DNA from: Syntrophales bacterium
GTDB lineage: Bacteria; Desulfobacterota; Syntrophia; Syntrophales; PHBD01
Direction: 5' to 3'
Assembly: GCA_963668175.1 (NCBI GenBank)
Contig: OY764159.1
Coordinates: forward strand, 832,001-896,000
Length of the DNA: 64,000 nucleotides
The notes beneath the pieces were generated by a model, which was not told the DNA's origin, searched no databases, and saw nothing but the letters and a program-made list of their open reading frames with translations. The position numbers were made by a program, and so were the translations under genes. Within the stretch, counting starts at the first letter, position 1, and each line of letters starts with the position of its first letter. This document shows, one piece after another, positions 56,919-64,000 of the stretch.

Positions 56919-58082
56919 ATGAATAAGAAAGAAATTGAGAAACGATCCGTTGGGATCGTCGAGACGAAGTATTTCACCTTTTCCCATCAGCCGCGGGGCC
57001 TGGTACTCGAGAGCGGCGAGACGCTTGCGGAAGTGACCCTCGCCTATGAAACCTACGGCAGGCTGAATGCCGATAACACCAACGCCATCCTGGTGCTCCA
57101 CGCCCTGTCCGGCGATGCCCATGCGGCAGGCGTGCATGAGGGGCAGGACAATCCGGGCTGGTGGGACGACATGATCGGCCCCGGCAAGGCCTTCGATACC
57201 GATCGCTATTTTGTCGTCTCCTCGAATGTCATCGGCGGCTGCAAGGGTTCCACGGGACCGTCATCGATTGATCCGGCGACGGGGAAGCCCTACGGACAGG
57301 CGTTTCCTTTCATCACGATCGCCGACATGGTCCACGCCCAGAAGCACCTGATCGACCATCTGGGAATCGAGAAACTCCTTTGCGTCGCCGGCGGTTCCAT
57401 GGGAGGGATGCTCGTGCTGCAATGGGTTGCGTCGTATCCCGGCAGGGTGCGTTCCGCCATTCCCATTGCCACCGCGCTCAAACACTCGTCCCAGCAGATC
57501 GCCTTCAACGAGGTGGTCAGGCAGTCGATCATGGCCGATCCCGCCTGGCGCGACGGGGATTACTATGAATTCGGCCAGCCGGAGAGGGGTTTGGCGGTCG
57601 CTCGGATGATCGGCCACATCACGTTCATGAGCGACCGGTCCATGGAAGAGAAATTCTCCCGCAAACTCAAGACGGGCCGCCTCAGCTTCGGCTTCGATGC
57701 CGACTTTGAGGTGGAGGGCTATCTGCGCTACCGCGGGGCGAACTTCGTCAAGCGTTTCGATGCCAACTCCTATCTGTATATCACCAAGGCGATGGATTAT
57801 TTCGATCTGTCGGGAGGAAAGCTGCTCCCGAAAGGAAGATTGGGCGATGTGCCGCGCTTTCTCGTCATCTCTTTCCAGTCCGATTGGCTCTATCCGTCCT
57901 ACCAGTCCGCCGATATCGTCCGGGCGCTGAAGATTCGTCACGCCGACGCGACCTACTGCGAGTTAAAATCCACGTACGGACACGATGCGTTCCTGGTCGA
58001 GTCGGAGAACCAGACCAAACTGATCGGCCCGTTTCTCGACAAGACGTTCAACGGCTACGAGGTCCTGGAAAACTATGGCTGA
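56919..58082 (+). CDS. metX: Homoserine O-acetyltransferase
   Basis: HALSGDAH, GGCKGSTGP, GGSMGG, RFDANSY and YGHDAFL motifs. Confidence 0.95.
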   Translation: MNKKEIEKRSVGIVETKYFTFSHQPRGLVLESGETLAEVTLAYETYGRLNADNTNAILVLHALSGDAHAAGVHEGQDNPGWWDDMIGPGKAFDTDRYFVVSSNVIGGCKGSTGPSSIDPATGKPYGQAFPFITIADMVHAQKHLIDHLGIEKLLCVAGGSMGGMLVLQWVASYPGRVRSAIPIATALKHSSQQIAFNEVVRQSIMADPAWRDGDYYEFGQPERGLAVARMIGHITFMSDRSMEEKFSRKLKTGRLSFGFDADFEVEGYLRYRGANFVKRFDANSYLYITKAMDYFDLSGGKLLPKGRLGDVPRFLVISFQSDWLYPSYQSADIVRALKIRHADATYCELKSTYGHDAFLVESENQTKLIGPFLDKTFNGYEVLENYG

Positions 58083-58677
58083 GAAAATTGCGCTCGATCA
58101 CCGGATCATCGTCAGCCAGATCGGCGATCATGCACGGGTTTTGGATCTCGGCTGCGGCGACGGGGAACTCATGTATCTTTTGGCGCGGGACAAAAGCGCC
58201 AAGGTCCAGGGCATCGAACTCGACGAGGAAGCGATTTACAAGTGCGTCGAAAAAGGCCTGAGCGTATTCCACGACGATATCGAAAGCGGACTGATGGAAT
58301 ACCCGGACGATTCCTTCGATTTCGTCATCCTCAACCAGAGCATGCAGCAGATACGCAAGGTCGATTTTATCATTCGCGAGGCCCTGCGGGTGGGCAGAAA
58401 AATTATTGTCGGTTTCCCGAATTTCGCCTGTATCGGATCGCGAATGATGCTCTTTTTCCGGGGAAAATCGCCCATGACGCCGTCGCTCCCCTATCTGTGG
58501 CACGATACGCCGAATGTGCGTTTCCTGAGCATCGAGGATTTCAAGACATTCTGCGTATCGAGGGAACTGCAGATTCTCAGCGAGTTTTACCTGTGCGACA
58601 GCGGCCTATGCCGCTTCTGGCCCAATCTGCTGGCATCGAACGCTATATTCATGCTCCGGGCGAAAGGCACGGAATAA
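58075..58677 (+). CDS. metW: Methionine biosynthesis protein MetW
   Basis: VLDLGCGDG, FDFVILNQ, FPNF and WHDTPN motifs; overlaps metX. Confidence 0.93.
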   Translation: MAEKIALDHRIIVSQIGDHARVLDLGCGDGELMYLLARDKSAKVQGIELDEEAIYKCVEKGLSVFHDDIESGLMEYPDDSFDFVILNQSMQQIRKVDFIIREALRVGRKIIVGFPNFACIGSRMMLFFRGKSPMTPSLPYLWHDTPNVRFLSIEDFKTFCVSRELQILSEFYLCDSGLCRFWPNLLASNAIFMLRAKGTE

Positions 58678-58741
58678 ACCCCGACGATCGAGAGGATCGC
58701 AGAACCCAAGACAATAAAAACGGAGCTATAAAAGGACTGTC

Positions 58742-59905
58742 ATGAGAAGAATATATCTCGATTACGCGGCGACGACGCCCGTCGACCCCGCCGTTTTGAA
58801 GGCCATGGAGCCTTATTTTACGGAGCATTTCGGAAATCCGTCGAGCCTGCATGCTTTCGGGCAGCAGGCAAGGTCGGCCATGGAGAATGCCCGGGAAGGC
58901 ATTGCCGCTTTTCTGGGCGCGAAGCCCGGGGAGATCGTCTTCACGAGCGGCGGCACGGAAAGCAACAACTTCGCCATCAAGGGCGTCGCCTACGCCCGGC
59001 GCAAGAAGGGCAACCACATCATCGCGACGGGGATCGAACATCACGCGGTTACGGAGCCGTGCCATTTTCTGGAGAAGGAGGAGGGCTTTTCCGTGACGAT
59101 CCTGCCGACCGACAAGGACGGCCTCGTAGATCCCGACGACGTTAAAAGGGCCATTACCGATAAGACAATCCTGATTTCGGTCATGCACGCCAACAATGAA
59201 ATCGGTACGATCCAGCCCATAGCGGAAATCGGGCGGATCGCCCGGGAGCGGGATGTCTATTTCCATACGGACGCCGTTCAGACGCTGGGGCATCTGCCGT
59301 ATACCGTGGACGACCTGAACGTGGATTTATTGAGCGCCTCCGCTCATAAGCTTTACGGCCCGAAAGGGGTCGGGCTCTTGTACATCAGGCAGGGGACAAG
59401 GATCACGCCGTTCATACACGGCGGGGACCAGGAAAACAGACGGAGGGCCTCGACGCACAATGTGCCGGGCATCGTCGGTTTCGGCAAGGCCGTGGAATTG
59501 GCGGGCGCCGGCTTGCAGCAGGAAGTGGCGGAATTATCGAGACTGAGGGACAAACTGATTGCGGGCATTCTGGAGAAGATCGACCAGGTGAGGCTCAACG
59601 GCCATCCGGTGAAGAGGCTGCCCAACAACGCGAACGTCTCCATCGAGTATATCGAGGGCGAGGGCATGCTCCTCAGCCTCGATTTGATGGGGATTGCCTG
59701 CTCCACCGGCTCGGCTTGTTCGTCGACCAGCCTGGAGCCTTCCCACGTCCTTACCTGCATCGGCCTGAGCCATGAGGTGGCCCACGGTTCGCTGCGTTTC
59801 AGCCTTGGGCGGTATACGACGGAACAGGACATAAACGACGTTCTGGAGATCCTGCCGCAGGTCGTCAAGAAACTCAGGGCCATGTCGCCACTGTACGAGG
59901 GGTGA
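58742..59905 (+). CDS. iscS: Cysteine desulfurase (group I, NifS/IscS type)
   Basis: YLDYAATTP, FTSGGTES, SAHKLYGPKG and STGSACSS motifs. Confidence 0.96.
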   Translation: MRRIYLDYAATTPVDPAVLKAMEPYFTEHFGNPSSLHAFGQQARSAMENAREGIAAFLGAKPGEIVFTSGGTESNNFAIKGVAYARRKKGNHIIATGIEHHAVTEPCHFLEKEEGFSVTILPTDKDGLVDPDDVKRAITDKTILISVMHANNEIGTIQPIAEIGRIARERDVYFHTDAVQTLGHLPYTVDDLNVDLLSASAHKLYGPKGVGLLYIRQGTRITPFIHGGDQENRRRASTHNVPGIVGFGKAVELAGAGLQQEVAELSRLRDKLIAGILEKIDQVRLNGHPVKRLPNNANVSIEYIEGEGMLLSLDLMGIACSTGSACSSTSLEPSHVLTCIGLSHEVAHGSLRFSLGRYTTEQDINDVLEILPQVVKKLRAMSPLYEG

Positions 59906-60010
59906 CGGCAAACGGTGCCGGAACCGGCCTGTTTTCAGGAAAGGCATTGACCTGATGGCAGACGCCGTCCGTCGCGGAAAGACTTAGAATATAGAGGAGA
60001 AGAAACCATC

Positions 60011-60442
60011 ATGAGCCAATATAGCGACAAAGTCATGGATCATTTCAACAATCCGAGAAATGTCGGCGAAATCGAAGATGCCGACGGGATCGGCAAGGTC
60101 GGCAATCCGGTGTGCGGAGACGTCATGAAACTCTACATCAAAGTGGAGAACGATGTGATTACCGACGCCAAGTTCAAGACGTTCGGCTGCGGGGCCGCCA
60201 TCGCGACGAGTTCCATGGTCACGGAACTGGTCAAAGGCAAGACCATCGAAGAGGCCATGTCGCTTTCCAATCGGGCGGTTGCCGAGGCCCTGGGAGGCCT
60301 GCCGCCGATCAAGATGCACTGCAGCGTCCTTGCGGAAGACGCCCTGAAGTCGGCCATCGAGGACTATTTCCAAAAAACCGGCGACAAACGTACATTGGAA
60401 CCGAGGCCTCGCCACGATCACGAAGACGGAGCGTCATGCTGA
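60011..60442 (+). CDS. iscU: Fe-S cluster scaffold (IscU/NifU N-terminal type)
   Basis: YSDKVMDHF, CGD, FGCGAAIA and LPPIKMHCS motifs. Confidence 0.96.
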   Translation: MSQYSDKVMDHFNNPRNVGEIEDADGIGKVGNPVCGDVMKLYIKVENDVITDAKFKTFGCGAAIATSSMVTELVKGKTIEEAMSLSNRAVAEALGGLPPIKMHCSVLAEDALKSAIEDYFQKTGDKRTLEPRPRHDHEDGASC

Positions 60443-60458
60443 AGGATATGAGGTTGCC

Positions 60459-61415
60459 ATGAGTGAAAAGAAACGGACAGAAATCTTGCCGCCGGCAGCG
60501 GCCGAAAACGGCGTACTCAAAGGCCTGGTCGACACACTTTTCAATAACGCCGAAGGATTCATCGATAGAAACGGCAGGATAAACTGTCATCAGTCCCTGC
60601 CTTCCCCGGGCGTCATCGACGAGGTCGTGACCGCCCTGCGTTCGATCCTCTTTCCGGGATACTTCGGCTTTTCGGAAGTGAAAAAGGAGAATCTGCCTTT
60701 CCATATCGGGTCCGCCCTGGATCGCCTCCGGCTTATTCTGCGGGAACAGATCAAGCGGGGCCTCGTCTTTGCGTGCCGGGACGATATCCAGGGCTGTCCG
60801 ATCTGCGACGAACAGGCCGAGTCGATCACCGAGGCATTTCTGGGAAGGCTTCCCGCCGTCCAGGGTCTGCTCGCGACGGACGTCCACGCAGCCTATGAGG
60901 GCGATCCTGCCGCTCCGAGCCTCGATGAGGTCATCTTCTGTTATCCCGGCCTCTGGGCGATGACCAATTACCGGCTGGCCCATGAACTTTACAGCCTCGG
61001 CGTTCCCTTCATTCCCCGGATGATAACGGAGCATGCCCACAGCCGAACCGGCATCGATATCCATCCGGGGGCCACCATCGGGAAGCATTTTTTCATCGAT
61101 CACGGCACGGGCGTTGTGATCGGCGAAACCTGCATCATCGGTGACCGGGTGCGCATCTACCAGGGCGTGACCCTCGGGGCCAAGAGTTTCAAGCTAGACG
61201 AGGATGGAAATCCCGTCAAGGGCATTCCGAGGCATCCGATCGTCGAAGACGACGTCACGATCTATTCCGGAGCCACGATCCTGGGCCGGGTAGTCATCGG
61301 CGAGGGTTCCGTCATCGGCGGCAATGTCTGGCTGACCGGGAGCGTGCCTCCGGGCAGCCGGATCACCCAGATGCAGGCCCAGTATGAAGATTTCGAGAGA
61401 GGGTCGGGTATCTAA
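60459..61415 (+). CDS. cysE: Serine O-acetyltransferase (EpsC-type)
   Basis: GDPAA, YPG, TGIDIHPGA, FIDHGTGVVIGET and YQGVTLG motifs. Confidence 0.94.
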   Translation: MSEKKRTEILPPAAAENGVLKGLVDTLFNNAEGFIDRNGRINCHQSLPSPGVIDEVVTALRSILFPGYFGFSEVKKENLPFHIGSALDRLRLILREQIKRGLVFACRDDIQGCPICDEQAESITEAFLGRLPAVQGLLATDVHAAYEGDPAAPSLDEVIFCYPGLWAMTNYRLAHELYSLGVPFIPRMITEHAHSRTGIDIHPGATIGKHFFIDHGTGVVIGETCIIGDRVRIYQGVTLGAKSFKLDEDGNPVKGIPRHPIVEDDVTIYSGATILGRVVIGEGSVIGGNVWLTGSVPPGSRITQMQAQYEDFERGSGI

Positions 61416-61587
61416 GACGATGAGTGGGGATTTTCCTCTCTTTTGTCCGGACGACGATGAAAGGCTTGTATTCCATGCCGTCTTTATATTAGACTGCGCG
61501 ACAATATACAGAAGGGGTTTAAAGACAGGGACGGCCGGTCCTCCGTTTTGGACAGCCTGAACGTGAAGTCTTCCGGAAGCACGGGAT

Positions 61588-62664
61588 ATGACCAAAAAGA
61601 AGGTGCTGGTAGCCGTCAGCGGCGGGGTAGACTCATCGGTGGCGGCTTATTTATTGAAAGAAGCGGGCCACGACGTGGTAGCCGTAACGATGTGCCTGGG
61701 GGTTGCGGCCGAATCCGGAGAGGGAGGGCCGGTCAAATGCTGCGGACCTCAGGAAATCGAAGATGCGCGGCGGGTGTGCGGCATCCTGGGTATCAACCAT
61801 TACGTCATGGATTTTGCCCATGAACTGGAAACATTGGTCATTCAGCCGTTCATTTCCGAGTATACGAAGGGCAGAACGCCCAATCCCTGCGTGGAGTGCA
61901 ACAGGTCCCTCAAATTCGGGACCCTTTTCCGGAAAGCGCTGTCCATGGGGTTCGATTATATCGCAACGGGGCACTATTCCCGCCTGGATTCCGTCGGCGA
62001 TGCATGCTATCTGATGGTTCCCAAGGACCGCCGGAAGGACCAGACCTATTTCCTTCACGCCGTTCCCCGGGAGACATTGGGCCGGGTGCTCTTTCCCCTG
62101 GCCGGATTGACCAAGGAAGAAGTCAGGGGCCTGGCCAAAAAGGCGGGGCTCCCGGTATCCGCGAAATCCGACAGCCAGGATATCTGCTTCATCCCCCGGG
62201 ACGGATACGGCTCCTTCCTGACAAGCCGTCTGGGAGAGGCAAAACCCGGCGATATAGTGGATCATTCGGGAACGGTTTTCGGAAAACACCGGGGCGTGGC
62301 TTTTTACACGATCGGACAGCGAAGCGGCCTCGGTATCAGTCACAAGGTGCCGCTCTATGTCCTCAAGATAGATGTTGAGCGGAACCGCATCGTTGTCGGG
62401 GAGAAGAAGGACCTTAAGGCCAGGGAGTTGATAGCGGACAATCTCAACATGCTGGTCGATGCATGGCCCGCCTTCGGCGAGGCGAAGATCCGCTACGCGC
62501 ACCGTGCGGCCAAATGTTCGATCCGTCGCGAGGCAGACGGGCTGCACGTCATGTTCGACCAGCCCCAGGAATCCATTACCCCGGGGCAGTCCGTCGTCCT
62601 TTACGACGGCGAGGTCGTGCTGGGCGGAGGCGTTATCAAGGAGGTTATTCATGGACATTGTTGA
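61588..62664 (+). CDS. mnmA: tRNA-specific 2-thiouridylase
   Basis: SGGVDS, TPNPCVECN, ATGHY, KDQTYFL, SQDICF and TPGQ motifs. Confidence 0.97.
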   Translation: MTKKKVLVAVSGGVDSSVAAYLLKEAGHDVVAVTMCLGVAAESGEGGPVKCCGPQEIEDARRVCGILGINHYVMDFAHELETLVIQPFISEYTKGRTPNPCVECNRSLKFGTLFRKALSMGFDYIATGHYSRLDSVGDACYLMVPKDRRKDQTYFLHAVPRETLGRVLFPLAGLTKEEVRGLAKKAGLPVSAKSDSQDICFIPRDGYGSFLTSRLGEAKPGDIVDHSGTVFGKHRGVAFYTIGQRSGLGISHKVPLYVLKIDVERNRIVVGEKKDLKARELIADNLNMLVDAWPAFGEAKIRYAHRAAKCSIRREADGLHVMFDQPQESITPGQSVVLYDGEVVLGGGVIKEVIHGHC

Positions 62665-63556
62665 AAAGATCATGCGGCTCAAGAAAGAGCGCAAGGCCGT
62701 CATTCTGGCCCACAACTATCAAATCCCCCAAGTCCAGGACATCGCGGACTACGTAGGAGATTCCCTGGGATTGAGCATTGAAGCATCCCGGACCGATGCG
62801 AAGGTCATCGTCTTCTGCGGAGTCCATTTCATGGCGGAGACGGCCAAGATCCTCTCGCCCGAAAAGACGGTGCTTCTTCCAGATCTCCACGCGGGCTGCC
62901 CCATGGCGGACATGATTACCGCCGGGCAGCTCAGGGAACTGAAGGCGGAACACCCCGACGCCAAAGTCGTCTGCTACGTCAACACCAGCGCGGAAGTGAA
63001 GGCCGAATGCGATCTCTGCTGCACGTCGGCAAATGCCGTGAAGATGGTCGGAGAGGTTCTTAAAGACAGCCCCGAAATCATCTTCGTCCCCGATCAGTAT
63101 CTTGCGGCTTACGTCGAATCGCAGACAGGGCGGACGATGATCAAATGGAAGGGATACTGTCCGACCCACGCGAAGATCCTGCCTCAACACATCGAAGAGC
63201 AAAGGGCCCAACACCCGGATGCAGTGGTTGTCGTCCATCCCGAGTGCAGGCCCGAGACGATCAGAGTGGCCGATAAGGTCGCCTCCACGGAGGGCATGAC
63301 CCGATACGTCAAGGAGACGAAGGCCCGGGAGATCATCGTCGCCACCGAGCGCGGCATCATTCACCGGATGGAAAAGGAGAATCCCGGTAAGGTCTTCTAT
63401 CCTGTTTCCAAGCTGGCTATTTGTCCCAATATGAAGATGATCAACCTCGAGAAGGTACTGTGGGCCCTGGAAGACATGCAATACGTCGTCGAGGTCCCGG
63501 CCGATGTCGCCGAAAGAGCCCGGGCAAGTATCCAGCGGATGCTCGATTTCAGCTGA
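62651..63556 (+). CDS. nadA: Quinolinate synthase
   Basis: ILAHNYQ, FCGVHFMAE, GCPMA, YCPTH, HPEC and CPNMK motifs. Confidence 0.97.
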   Translation: MDIVEKIMRLKKERKAVILAHNYQIPQVQDIADYVGDSLGLSIEASRTDAKVIVFCGVHFMAETAKILSPEKTVLLPDLHAGCPMADMITAGQLRELKAEHPDAKVVCYVNTSAEVKAECDLCCTSANAVKMVGEVLKDSPEIIFVPDQYLAAYVESQTGRTMIKWKGYCPTHAKILPQHIEEQRAQHPDAVVVVHPECRPETIRVADKVASTEGMTRYVKETKAREIIVATERGIIHRMEKENPGKVFYPVSKLAICPNMKMINLEKVLWALEDMQYVVEVPADVAERARASIQRMLDFS

Positions 63557-63570
63557 TCGAAAAAAACACT

Positions 63571-64000
63571 ATGGGCATTCTGAAAGGAACCATCGTCGCC
63601 GTCTGCCGTAGCGACAAGACGGGGGAGAGGAAAGAGCCGCACCCGTCGGTGACGCTGGTGGCGGATTTCGGGATCGATGGCGATGCCCACGCCGGCCGTG
63701 AAAGCCGCCGCCAGGTCAGCCTGCTGGCCGTAAAAAGCATCGAAGCCATGAAGGCAAAAGGTCTCGAACTCGGTTACGGCGACTTTGCGGAAAATCTGGC
63801 CGTTGCAGGGATCGACCTCCACATGCTGCCCCTGAGGGTCCGCCTGCGCACCCGGAGCGGCGCCGTTCTCGAAGTGACGCAGATCGGGAAGGCCTGCCAC
63901 AACAAAGGTTGTTCCATCTTTCGCCAGGTGGGGACCTGCATCATGCCGAAGGAAGGGATCTTCTCCCGGGTCATCATCGGCGGCGTGGTCCGGACCGGCG
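63571..64000 (+). CDS. MOSC domain-containing protein (partial, runs off the window)
   Basis: Manual translation: GIDGDAHAG...RQVSLL...GDFAENL...EVTQIGKACH...CIMPKEGIF. Confidence 0.88.
   Translation, partial: MGILKGTIVAVCRSDKTGERKEPHPSVTLVADFGIDGDAHAGRESRRQVSLLAVKSIEAMKAKGLELGYGDFAENLAVAGIDLHMLPLRVRLRTRSGAVLEVTQIGKACHNKGCSIFRQVGTCIMPKEGIFSRVIIGGVVRTG

Overview
A GC-rich, gene-dense 64-kb chromosomal segment, probably from an anaerobic deltaproteobacterium (Syntrophales-like; inferred from gene content and gene order). It contains an RND efflux operon whose outer-membrane gene is frameshifted, a stand-alone atpE, a 2-oxoacid:ferredoxin oxidoreductase operon and an orphan NusG paralogue. There is a signalling island (GAF-adenylate cyclase, degenerate GGDEF-HDOD, membrane HDOD-Ser/Thr kinase) and conserved housekeeping blocks (argS-SPOR-ffh-rpsP-khpA-rimM-trmD-rplS-rnhB; zapB-zapA-6S RNA-rny-ymdB-tyrS). 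Also present are hcp, a sigma54 two-component locus driving two small exported proteins, a C26 peptidase-ampG-YkuD cluster, and a sulfur/Fe-S hub (Rrf2 <- -> metY-cysK-metX-metW-iscS-iscU-cysE-mnmA-nadA-MOSC). I found no tRNA, rRNA, CRISPR array or mobile element. The most notable observation is a 48-codon Met/Cys-clustered leader ORF, not in the ORF track, with mutually exclusive antiterminator/terminator hairpins upstream of metY. This is a candidate ribosome-mediated Met/Cys attenuator layered on a duplicated Rrf2 operator.
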